Below the pieces are notes generated by a model. It was not told the origin of the DNA. It did no database searches and saw nothing but the letters and a program-made list of their open reading frames with translations. From IMG/VR virus record IMGVR_UViG_3300025913_000027, positions 1-64,000 of that record: 64,000 nt of DNA, one strand, 5' to 3'. Shown piece by piece: positions 47,354 to 58,075 of the stretch. The position numbers and the translations under genes were made by a program. Positions within the stretch are counted from its first letter, which is position 1, and the number at the start of each line of letters is the position of its first letter. Origin of the DNA: a virus.

Positions 47354-47370
47354 AATATGGGAGATAATCC

Positions 47371-47712
47371 ATGGCCAATCCGTCGATCAAACGTACTTTC
47401 GGTCCTGTCGCGTTGTCGGCGACCTTGACCACGAATGTCTACAATCAGAGTTCTGCTCTGATCTACGATATCATCAAGCACATCCACGTGGTCAACAAGA
47501 CCGGCGGAGCCGTGACTTTCAGCTTGTGGCTCGGCGCGACCGGCGCGAATGCAGCAGGCACAGAGCTTTTCAGTGCTCACTCGGTTGCCGCGAACAGCGA
47601 GTTCGATTGGTATGGCAATCTGAAAATGCTCAGCACTGACTTCCTTGTCGGCGGCGCGAGCGCAGGCTCTTCGCTGACCATAACAGGCGAGGGAGAGCAA
47701 TACGTCGTCTAA
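47371..47712 (+). CDS. small beta-rich putative virion protein
   Basis: GGGAGA RBS; 113 aa in the head module. Confidence 0.7.
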   Translation: MANPSIKRTFGPVALSATLTTNVYNQSSALIYDIIKHIHVVNKTGGAVTFSLWLGATGANAAGTELFSAHSVAANSEFDWYGNLKMLSTDFLVGGASAGSSLTITGEGEQYVV

Positions 47713-47733
47713 CACAGAAGAGGCGTACTTGCT

Positions 47734-50240
<2,507 letters not shown>

Positions 50241-50297
50241 CGGATCAACATCCGTGTGCTACCGGAGCTATGGTTTAGTTAAGGAGTGTCCCCCGCA

Positions 50298-51422
50298 ATG
50301 CGTTTCCATGTTCTCGGCATTCCGCACACGATCTCGACCCCGGAGTATTCGAGTTGTGCCTTTACCCAGAAGGTCGTCAAGCTCTGCAAGATGCTGATGA
50401 TGGAGGGTCACGAAGTCTTTCACTATGGACACTCCCAGTCGAAGGTCAGTTGCACAGAGAATGTTGTCTGCACGACGCCGCAGGACTTGAAAATTTCCTA
50501 CCCGGGCCACGACTGGCGCAAGAGCGGTTTCCCCGACTACAAATTATCCGATCACTGCTATCAGGTGTTTTACTGTAGCGCGAAGGAAGAGATCGGTCGC
50601 CGCAAGCAACCCGGAGACTTCCTTCTCTGTCCGTTCGGAATGGGACACAAAGCGGTTGCTGACGCGCATCGGGATATGCTCGTGGTGGAGAGCGGCATTG
50701 GCTATCCGCACGGCACCTTTGCTCCGTACCGAGTTTTCGAAAGCTACGCGATCATGCACGCGTATCAGGGCACGGCGGCGGCAATCGACGCGCGCAATGA
50801 TTTTTGGTATGACGCCGTGATCCCAAACTCTTTCGATCTCGACGAGTTTGATTTTTCGGATAGCTTCGATCTCCCCGACGATGAAGGCTATTTCCTCTTC
50901 CTCGGTCGGCAGAACTCAGGCAAAGGCCTGCACATCGCTAAGCAGATTGCGGAAACGACAAAGACCAAGCTCGTCGTCGCTGGCCCCGGCCCGCTGGAGA
51001 TGCCATCCGAATTTATCCAACCATTGGGCGTCGTCGGCCCGGCGAGGCGGCGAAAACTTCTGAGCCAAGCCAAGGCGACAATATGCGCCTCGACCTTTCT
51101 CGAACCATTTTGCGGAGTGCAGATCGAAAGCATGCTCTCGGGCACGCCGGTCATCTCGTCGGACTGGGGCGCGTTTGCGGAGTATAACGTCCACGGCCAG
51201 ACGGGTTACCGATGCAAGACTTTCGAGCAGTTCGTTTGGGCTGCAAACAATATCGGAGGGATTAAACGGCGGCAGTGTCGTAACTGGGCCATGAACTTTT
51301 CGCTGGAGAAAATCGCTCCGATGTACTCGGACTACTTCCGCTCGGTGCAGGATATTTACGGCGGAAAAGGCTGGTATGAGACCCGCACGGATCGGCAAAA
51401 TCTAAGCACGTCGAGCTTCTGA
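50298..51422 (+). CDS. GT-B fold (GT4-like) glycosyltransferase
   Basis: VIPN, FLFLGRQNSGKG, EPFCGVQIESMLSGTPVISSDWGAFAE, GQTGY. Confidence 0.9.
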   Translation: MRFHVLGIPHTISTPEYSSCAFTQKVVKLCKMLMMEGHEVFHYGHSQSKVSCTENVVCTTPQDLKISYPGHDWRKSGFPDYKLSDHCYQVFYCSAKEEIGRRKQPGDFLLCPFGMGHKAVADAHRDMLVVESGIGYPHGTFAPYRVFESYAIMHAYQGTAAAIDARNDFWYDAVIPNSFDLDEFDFSDSFDLPDDEGYFLFLGRQNSGKGLHIAKQIAETTKTKLVVAGPGPLEMPSEFIQPLGVVGPARRRKLLSQAKATICASTFLEPFCGVQIESMLSGTPVISSDWGAFAEYNVHGQTGYRCKTFEQFVWAANNIGGIKRRQCRNWAMNFSLEKIAPMYSDYFRSVQDIYGGKGWYETRTDRQNLSTSSF

Positions 51423-51447
51423 ATGGTTTCAAAATTCTAAACCGAAC

Positions 51448-51483
51448 TTGCTAGTTGTTTTCCTCAATTGTGTGCGGTAATCT
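51448..51483 (+). promoter_or_regulatory. putative late-class promoter for the major capsid gene
   Basis: TTGCTAG-TTGTTT-N17-TAATCT. Confidence 0.65.
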
Positions 51484-51606
51484 CTCGCCAACAATGCAGA
51501 CGTTCTGACCCCGCATGTGCGAGCGCGTCGAACCTCCTGCATCAGATTTTGCCAGAGACCTCCATGGGGAGGTGTGCTGAAAAGCCCTCATCCCTAGGAG
51601 AGTACC

Positions 51607-52704
51607 ATGGTCAATGTGTCCACTCAAATTTCGGACGTTATCGTTCCCGCTGTCTTCACTCCGTACACTCAGCAGCTCACGATGGAGAAGACCGCGATCA
51701 TTCAGAGCGGCGTCGCTGCTCGCGATGACTTCCTCGACAATTTGCTCGCTGGCGGCGGTCTGACCTTCACCGTGCCGTCTTGGCAGGACATCGGCGATCC
51801 GGCGGAGAACGTTTCCTCGGATGACCCGAACACCTCTTCGACCCCGAACATCACTCAGACCTCCGCCGAAGTCGCGGTGCGCCTCTCGCGTAATGCGAGC
51901 TGGAGCACGATGCGTCTGGCGACCGCTCTGGCCGGTTCCGATCCGATGCAGTCCATCGCATCGCGCGTTTCCGACTACTGGGTCCGCCGGTTGCAGCGCG
52001 CGTTCGTCGCAGTTGCCAACGGCATCTTTGCCAACAACGCTCTGGCCGACCCCACGCTGGGCCGTTCCGGGCAAGTCGGCATCAATGCGGCCTACGGCAC
52101 TCAGAATGACTTGACCCACGACGTTTCGGGCGTGTCGTTCTCGGCAGGCGTGACCAACTTCTCAGGCTCGGCGTTTATCGATGCCTGCACGCTGCTCGGC
52201 GACGCCGCCGAGGACGTGACCGCCGTGTTCATGCACTCCATCGTCTATTCGACGGCGCAGAAGAACAACCTGATCGACTTCGTCCCGGACAGCGAAGGCA
52301 AGGTCAACATTCCGACCTTTATGGGCCGTCGCGTGATCGTTGACGACGGTATGCCCAACCCCGCTGGCGACGCCAGCAACGGCGCGCAGACCGCCGCAGG
52401 CATCTATCATACGTGGCTTGTGGGTCCTGCCGCGTTCCGGCTCGGCGTGGGTACGCCCATCGTGCCGACCGAAGTCTTCCGCAATCCGGACCGTGGTAAC
52501 GGCGCGGGTAGCGATACTCTCTACAACCGCGTCGAGTGGTGCATCCATCCGGTCGGCCATGCCTACGTCGGCTCGCCCGCTACCGATGGTGGCCCGACCA
52601 ACGCCGCGACCGCGAACAACCTCGCGTATTCCCACTCGTGGGTCCGCGTGTTCCCGGAACGCAAGCAGATCAAGCTTGCCCGCCTGATCACCCGCGAGAG
52701 CTAA
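51607..52704 (+). CDS. major capsid protein
   Basis: AGGAG RBS; TQISDVIVPAVFTPY, GSDPM, MHSIVY, GRRVIVDDGMP, WCIHPVG; followed by a strong terminator. Confidence 0.92.
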   Translation: MVNVSTQISDVIVPAVFTPYTQQLTMEKTAIIQSGVAARDDFLDNLLAGGGLTFTVPSWQDIGDPAENVSSDDPNTSSTPNITQTSAEVAVRLSRNASWSTMRLATALAGSDPMQSIASRVSDYWVRRLQRAFVAVANGIFANNALADPTLGRSGQVGINAAYGTQNDLTHDVSGVSFSAGVTNFSGSAFIDACTLLGDAAEDVTAVFMHSIVYSTAQKNNLIDFVPDSEGKVNIPTFMGRRVIVDDGMPNPAGDASNGAQTAAGIYHTWLVGPAAFRLGVGTPIVPTEVFRNPDRGNGAGSDTLYNRVEWCIHPVGHAYVGSPATDGGPTNAATANNLAYSHSWVRVFPERKQIKLARLITRES

Positions 52705-52730
52705 AGGCTCTCGTCGAGCGCCTGCATTAT

Positions 52731-52768
52731 AAGAGCCCGCTCGGCAATCGGGCGGGCTCTTTCTCTTT
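52731..52768 (+). terminator. intrinsic terminator after the capsid gene
   Basis: AAGAGCCCGCTCG-GCAAT-CGGGCGGGCTCTT followed by TCTCTTT. Confidence 0.8.
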
Positions 52769-52780
52769 CGGAGGATCACC

Positions 52781-53005
52781 ATGGCCAATCAGCTTTCCGG
52801 TCAGACCACGCCCTCGCCGCGTGAATACAACAAACATCAGCGTCATGCTCCGTATGCCCGTCTGCGGCATTCGCAGCAGGCCATTGCTTTCCTCGCCGCG
52901 CAGGCTGCGCGCTTGTCGAGCACCGCTGCAACGATTTACGCCAAGCTGACCAAGTACGGTGCGGACCGGGTCAAGGCCGCTACCAATATCAGTCAGCTCC
53001 CCTGA
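52781..53005 (+). CDS. small hypothetical protein
   Basis: GGAGG RBS, 74 aa. Confidence 0.65.
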   Translation: MANQLSGQTTPSPREYNKHQRHAPYARLRHSQQAIAFLAAQAARLSSTAATIYAKLTKYGADRVKAATNISQLP

Positions 53006-53141
53006 TCTAATTGCTCGACGTAGCGGGCTAAGAGGGGGACACTTTCGGTTCGCACGTTTGAGCATAGGGGTCGGGAGAGCAGACTTCGCATCTGACTTCC
53101 GACCCCGACCTATTCTGTCCCCCGCACCATGAGGTGAAATA

Positions 53142-53831
53142 ATGCCTACGTTCCCCAAAGAAGCTATCAAGCAAATTCTCGAAGGTCTCGACCACACGAA
53201 CGATGCGCTCTGGACCGACGATGGTGCGCCGCTCGTGACCGAGGTGCAGCGCCTCGCGAACGACAAGACCATCACCCGGGCGCAGATTAACGATGCCTTC
53301 CCCGGCTTCGCGCGTAAAACGACTGACAGCGTCTCCGAGGATGTGCAGCCCGACGATGAAGCTGCCGAGACGAAAGCCTCGACCGACACGATCATCGATC
53401 CGGTTGCGGCTGGGCCGAAGATGGATGACGAAGACAGCGACGAGCCACTCTCGCCCGAGCAAGAGCACGAGCGTCTCCGCAAACTGGCTCTTGCCCGCGT
53501 GCATGCGGCAGAAGAGGCAGTCGCAGCGGCCAAGAGTGCCGTCTCGGAAGCTCAGCGCGGCGTGCAACAGGCCGAAGGCCGTCTTACTCGTGCGCTCCAA
53601 GTCTACAGCTCGAAGTATCCGCCAATCTCTCCGGCCGAAGCGATCAAAATCCACCTTGCTCGGCAGCAGGAGCTTCTTCGGGAGCGCGTGACCGGTTCGC
53701 GGTTTGAGCCCAATGTCGCGGCGAACCCGGTCGATCAGACCCTCATGGACCGCAAACGCAACAATGGTCGCAATGGGCGAGGCCCGACGCCGGGGCCATT
53801 CCTTCCCCGCAAAGCAGCGGTGAACTACTAA
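53142..53831 (+). CDS. hypothetical protein of the head-neck region
   Basis: GAGGTG RBS; N-terminal LDHTNDALWTDDGAP...ITRAQI domain, acidic linker, coiled coil. Confidence 0.7.
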   Translation: MPTFPKEAIKQILEGLDHTNDALWTDDGAPLVTEVQRLANDKTITRAQINDAFPGFARKTTDSVSEDVQPDDEAAETKASTDTIIDPVAAGPKMDDEDSDEPLSPEQEHERLRKLALARVHAAEEAVAAAKSAVSEAQRGVQQAEGRLTRALQVYSSKYPPISPAEAIKIHLARQQELLRERVTGSRFEPNVAANPVDQTLMDRKRNNGRNGRGPTPGPFLPRKAAVNY

Positions 53832-53930
53832 AGAGGTCTCTGCCCAATGGTTTCGCTCATCTCGGGCAAGGCTACCCCCAAAGCGCCGCCGTGCAGCGAT
53901 GCAGGCGGCGCTTTAGCATAGAAAGCACGA

Positions 53931-54845
53931 GTGATGACCGCGATCTTTTCGGTACAGGATGAGACAGGCACCGTCGCGCAAGTGACGATAATGCCCTCGC
54001 CATCGCCCGCCCAGCATATTACGGTCGGCGACACTGGCGTCTATGCGGGCTTCCCGGATGACGGGACCGCCAGTTTTGCAACCCCGACGTTTCAGTCCCT
54101 CCCCTTCACTGTCAGTCAGGTTCTCGATGACGAGCATTTCTCGGTCTCGACGATCAATGCGAACATGGCCGACTGGCCCGCGTTCGGGCAGATCACGTGG
54201 ACGACTGGCGCGAACACCGACGAGACCTCGACCGTGTCAGAGATTGACGGGGCGAACGCGTACATTTCGGTCGAAGAGTTTACCAAATATCACGCGGCGC
54301 GCGGCAACGCGGTCCCGGCGGACGCTACTGTGCAGCAAATAAGGGCTGCCATCGTGCAAGGCACGGACTATCTTGATCAGCGCTATCGCTACAGCGGCGT
54401 AAAGCGCTTGCAGACTATCGGCTCCGCCGTGATGGATGCGAACGCCACTTTCCTCGAAACGTGGCTCACGCCTTATGCGCTGAATGGCGTCTCCTACCTC
54501 ACGCCGACGACCTCGAAGCAAAGCACTGAATGGCCGCGACAGGGCGTCATCGACTTCAACGGCGACACGGTCAACGGCATCCCCAAGCAGATCAGGGCGG
54601 CGTGCGCCGAGCTGGCGATCAGGGTCCTCAACGGGACCGTGCTCCAGCCGGACTACGATCCCAACCTCGTCGGCGCGGGCGGCGTCGTCTCGTCGATCAC
54701 CAAGAAAGTCGGCCCGCTGGAGACTGTGACCGCTTATGACACCAAGCTAGGAATTGGCTTCTTTGCGTCTTTCCCTATGGTGGATCGAATGCTCTCGAAA
54801 GCGGGGCTGCTCAACTCGGGCGGCGGCCGGACAGTCATCCGGTAA
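53931..54845 (+). CDS. head-tail adaptor (DnaT-like family) with an N-terminal extension
   Basis: ANAYISVEEF...YHAARG, TDYLD, EWPR, IPKQIRAACAELA, KKVGPLE. Confidence 0.8.
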   Translation: MMTAIFSVQDETGTVAQVTIMPSPSPAQHITVGDTGVYAGFPDDGTASFATPTFQSLPFTVSQVLDDEHFSVSTINANMADWPAFGQITWTTGANTDETSTVSEIDGANAYISVEEFTKYHAARGNAVPADATVQQIRAAIVQGTDYLDQRYRYSGVKRLQTIGSAVMDANATFLETWLTPYALNGVSYLTPTTSKQSTEWPRQGVIDFNGDTVNGIPKQIRAACAELAIRVLNGTVLQPDYDPNLVGAGGVVSSITKKVGPLETVTAYDTKLGIGFFASFPMVDRMLSKAGLLNSGGGRTVIR

Positions 54846-54888
54846 GCCGCGAACATGCTAGTTGTTCGCCCCCATAGGATAACATAGA

Positions 54889-55266
54889 ATGGCCACGAAA
54901 TTCGACTACCAAGGCGCTATCACGGATGCCGACAACCTCATCCAATACTTCGGGATGGACGCGGTTCTCCGGCGCGCAGGGAGTAGCCCAGAAGATCGGC
55001 CCTGTCGGGTCGTGATCATCAGCTACGATCCGCGCGAGAAGCCCGCCGACCTTGCTAATCCGACCGACCGAAAGGTCATCATGTCGGCGGCAAATTCGGA
55101 GGTGCAACTGATGCCGCCGGACAATGAACAGGATCAATTGGTGACGTTCGTGCAGCCCCCAACGAGCCCGCCCGTGATCCACGAAATTCTGCCGTTGACT
55201 TGTAAGCCCAAGCCAACTGCGCCTGCCGGGGTAACTGTTCTCTGGGAATTTACGGTACGGCGATGA
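54889..55266 (+). CDS. putative head closure protein
   Basis: Position; LIQYFG...DRKV...W..VRR pattern. Confidence 0.7.
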   Translation: MATKFDYQGAITDADNLIQYFGMDAVLRRAGSSPEDRPCRVVIISYDPREKPADLANPTDRKVIMSAANSEVQLMPPDNEQDQLVTFVQPPTSPPVIHEILPLTCKPKPTAPAGVTVLWEFTVRR

Positions 55267-55766
55267 GCGCAAAGGTAGATCGGCGGCAACTGATTTTGGA
55301 TAGGCTTGTGACCCTCTTGTCCGGCCTGACCATTCAACTTTCTACGGGAACGATCCCGGCGGGAAACATCGTGCATAATCGCGATGAACTCCCGAAGGAG
55401 CTTGTCCCGGGCATCATCCTCTTGGATGCTGACGAGGTTCGTGATTTTAACTTCCCCTCTATGCAAGGGCGGAGTGAGCGTCCCGGACCCGGTATCCTGA
55501 AAATGACGCCGGAGATTTATGTTGTGCTCGACGTTCGCAAACCGAAGAACGTGCTAGTCGGGCAGGACTTGGGTTTAGCGCGTGTGGCGATCATCAATCT
55601 GATCCTACACGATAGGGACCTACAGGCCATTACAGGGTCGAGTGGGTCAATACTATACGACGGATGCGTCACTGACCTCGCGCGCAACCGGCAGATGAAG
55701 GGGCAGATGGGCTTGAGCTTCACGTTCTCATACCCGTTCATCCCTGACGAGTTCGCGGCAGCCTAA
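55263..55766 (+). CDS. putative tail terminator protein
   Basis: Directly before the tail tube gene; RQLILDRL N-terminus. Confidence 0.6.
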   Translation: MSAKVDRRQLILDRLVTLLSGLTIQLSTGTIPAGNIVHNRDELPKELVPGIILLDADEVRDFNFPSMQGRSERPGPGILKMTPEIYVVLDVRKPKNVLVGQDLGLARVAIINLILHDRDLQAITGSSGSILYDGCVTDLARNRQMKGQMGLSFTFSYPFIPDEFAAA

Positions 55767-55778
55767 CGGAGAGAACCT

Positions 55779-56348
55779 ATGCCCATTGGAAACGAACATA
55801 TCGAGGGCTCCCTCGTTAGCCCGAACATCGGCAACTACTACATCGGCAAGGGCATCGTCAGCATCAAGCTGCTTGGCGAGACCGAGTTTGTTGATTGCGG
55901 CAACGTTCCGCAGTTCGAGTTTCTGGCGAAGGTCACTCAGCTTGACCACTTCTCCAGCCGGACCGGCGTTCGTGTCAAGGACTTCACCGCCGTCATTGAG
56001 ATCGCGGGCTCGCTTACGATGCAGCTCGAAGAGCTGACCGCGCGCAACATGGGCTTCGCTCTGCTCGGTCTGCCGACCGGCGGCCCGTCGCCGGTCCCGG
56101 ATACAATCGACATCTTCTCCAGCCCGGTCATCTACGGCTCGGTGCGGTTCGTCGGCACCAACGACATCGGCCCCATCTGGACGGTGAACTTCCCTCTCGT
56201 GAAACTGTCGCCCTCGAAGGCTCTCGGCCTGATCGCGAATACGTGGGGCGTCATCGATCTCGAAGGCGACGTGCTGTTCGATCAGTTGCAACAGACCTTC
56301 GGCACCGCGACCGTCTCGCTGCCGAACTCGCCTACCAGCAACCTCTAA
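55779..56348 (+). CDS. major tail tube protein
   Basis: NYYIGKGIV, DCGNVPQFE, LEELTARN; followed by a hairpin. Confidence 0.8.
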   Translation: MPIGNEHIEGSLVSPNIGNYYIGKGIVSIKLLGETEFVDCGNVPQFEFLAKVTQLDHFSSRTGVRVKDFTAVIEIAGSLTMQLEELTARNMGFALLGLPTGGPSPVPDTIDIFSSPVIYGSVRFVGTNDIGPIWTVNFPLVKLSPSKALGLIANTWGVIDLEGDVLFDQLQQTFGTATVSLPNSPTSNL

Positions 56349-56356
56349 GCTATCAG

Positions 56357-56397
56357 CCCGTGGCCTGTTTTCAGCATCCGTTGAAACAGGCCACGGG
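56357..56397 (+). terminator. long hairpin after the tail tube gene
   Basis: CCCGTGGCCTGTTT...AAACAGGCCACGGG, a 14-bp stem. Confidence 0.6.
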
Positions 56398-56475
56398 GCT
56401 TATGGTTTCATAGGCCAAAACGGACAGAAAATGTCCGTTTCGGCGTATGAAGTATCCCACCGGAGAACTCCCCCC

Positions 56476-56859
56476 ATGACCGACGAAACTCAAGACCCCG
56501 CTGCCGCCCCTGTAGTGGCTCAGGATGCGCCCGCTGCCGACCCGGCCCCGGAAGTCGCCGCCGACCCGGCAGCCGCTCCAGACCCCGTTTCTGAGGCTCC
56601 GGCCGCCGACCCGGCCCCGGAAGTCGCTGCCGACCCGGCCCCGGAAGTCGCTGCCGACCCGGCCCCGGAAGTCGCTGCCGACCCGGCCCCGGAAGTCGCC
56701 GCCGACCCCGCTCCGGCGGCTGATCCCGCTCCGGCTGCCGACCCCGTAGCGGACGACGAGGACCTCGAAATCGAGATCACCGAAACGATCCGGGTCCACA
56801 ATCCGAACGCCCTCCGTGGCGTCCCCGCCGGTCCGCCTCCGCATCCGCGTACCGTATAA
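56476..56859 (+). CDS. acidic Pro/Ala-rich repeat protein
   Basis: GGAGA RBS; DPAPEVAA repeats. Confidence 0.7.
   Translation: MTDETQDPAAAPVVAQDAPAADPAPEVAADPAAAPDPVSEAPAADPAPEVAADPAPEVAADPAPEVAADPAPEVAADPAPAADPAPAADPVADDEDLEIEITETIRVHNPNALRGVPAGPPPHPRTV
56608..56703 (+). repeat. 24-bp coding tandem repeat, four copies plus one at 56539
   Basis: GACCCGGCCCCGGAAGTCGC(T/C)GCC. Confidence 0.9.
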
Positions 56860-56904
56860 GGTTTCTACCCTATCGAATGTCCCCCTTCGAATAAGGAATA
56901 GATT

Positions 56905-57366
56905 ATGAGCACCAAGCCGGGCCTCAATCTGGCCGATCTCGCCCCAATGTATGAAGACGTGCCAATTGGAGACAGCTACCTCCGCGTCCACGGTATCAGC
57001 GCGAAGACCGGCCTCGAAATCTTCAAGCGCTTTCCCAAGGTTCTGGGAATGGTTGGTGAAGGGTTCAATCTCGGAAACTTTCTGGCAGTAGCTCCCGATG
57101 CCGTGGCCGCGATCATCGCAGCCGCGACCGACAACCTCGGCGATGAGAAGGCAGAAGCGGTAGCAGCCGGGCTCGGGGTCGAGACCCAGTTTGATATTTT
57201 GGAAGCGGTAGGGAGGCTTACCTTTACAAGAGGGTTCGCCCCTTTCGCGGAGAGGATCATGGCCCTCGCAGGCGCAGCCAACTCCGGCCTCTCTTCAAAG
57301 GTGCCGGATTTGAAATCGCCGCCAGCATCGAAGCCCTCATCGCCGCCGGACACCCCCCAAGCGTAG
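56905..57366 (+). CDS. tail assembly chaperone
   Basis: Between tail tube and tape measure genes; slippery CCCTTTC at 57240. Confidence 0.8.
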   Translation: MSTKPGLNLADLAPMYEDVPIGDSYLRVHGISAKTGLEIFKRFPKVLGMVGEGFNLGNFLAVAPDAVAAIIAAATDNLGDEKAEAVAAGLGVETQFDILEAVGRLTFTRGFAPFAERIMALAGAANSGLSSKVPDLKSPPASKPSSPPDTPQA

Positions 57367-57527
57367 TCTGGGACTACACCCCCAGACAGATGGCAGCTTT
57401 CACGTTTCTCGCGGTCAAACGGAAGAACCGTGAGGACCATGCCTCGCTCTCGTTGATGCTACTCGCGCAGAGTGGTGACGAGAAGGCGGTCAAGAAGCAA
57501 TTGGAGACTTGGGAGAGGGATGCCTGA
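57240..57527 (+). CDS. -1 frameshift extension of the tail assembly chaperone
   Basis: The -1 frame is open from C CCT TTC to TGA 57525-57527 and reads ...IEALIAAGHPPSVVWDYTPRQMAAF... Confidence 0.75.
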   Translation, partial: PFRGEDHGPRRRSQLRPLFKGAGFEIAASIEALIAAGHPPSVVWDYTPRQMAAFTFLAVKRKNREDHASLSLMLLAQSGDEKAVKKQLETWERDA

Positions 57528-58075
57528 TGCCCCTTCGCATCACAACCGATAAGATCGCGGCCCCGAAGTTCAAACAGAATTTGGCTGGGCTCCGAGACCG
57601 GTTCGAGAAGGCCCTGACTGCCTCAGTCAACATGGCTGCGTCCATGATCAAAGAACAGGCCGATGCGGATATCGCTGGAGCTGGAAATTTCGGACAACGC
57701 TGGACGGAGGGCCTGCATGTAGACGTGAGCGACACGCTCGGCAACATGCGGATCAGCGTCACGCATGATATCCCTTATGCCGGGATTTTCGAGACCGGCG
57801 GTGTGATCAAGGGAAATCCATTCCTCTGGATACCGATCAGCGGGACGGATGCCGAGCGCACTCCCGCAAGCGCGTATAGTGGAGGGCTCTTCTCCGTCAA
57901 CCGCAAGAGCGGCGGCCCACCGCTGCTCTTCTCCATTTCGGATAAACAACCGAAGTATTTCGGGGTCGAGAGCGTCACGATCCCGAAGAAATTCCATACC
58001 GGCGAAATCGTGAAGAGTGTGATGGGGAATTTCCGTCAGATATTCGATAGCGCGTTTAGGAGTAGGACCGTCTGA
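57527..58075 (+). CDS. tail completion-like protein
   Basis: TGATG coupling; PYAGIFETGGVIKG.PFLWIP. Confidence 0.65.
   Translation: MPLRITTDKIAAPKFKQNLAGLRDRFEKALTASVNMAASMIKEQADADIAGAGNFGQRWTEGLHVDVSDTLGNMRISVTHDIPYAGIFETGGVIKGNPFLWIPISGTDAERTPASAYSGGLFSVNRKSGGPPLLFSISDKQPKYFGVESVTIPKKFHTGEIVKSVMGNFRQIFDSAFRSRTV

Noticed and set aside
56539-56703. 24-bp repeats as a CRISPR array
   Set aside because: They are head-to-tail without spacers and in frame within an ORF.
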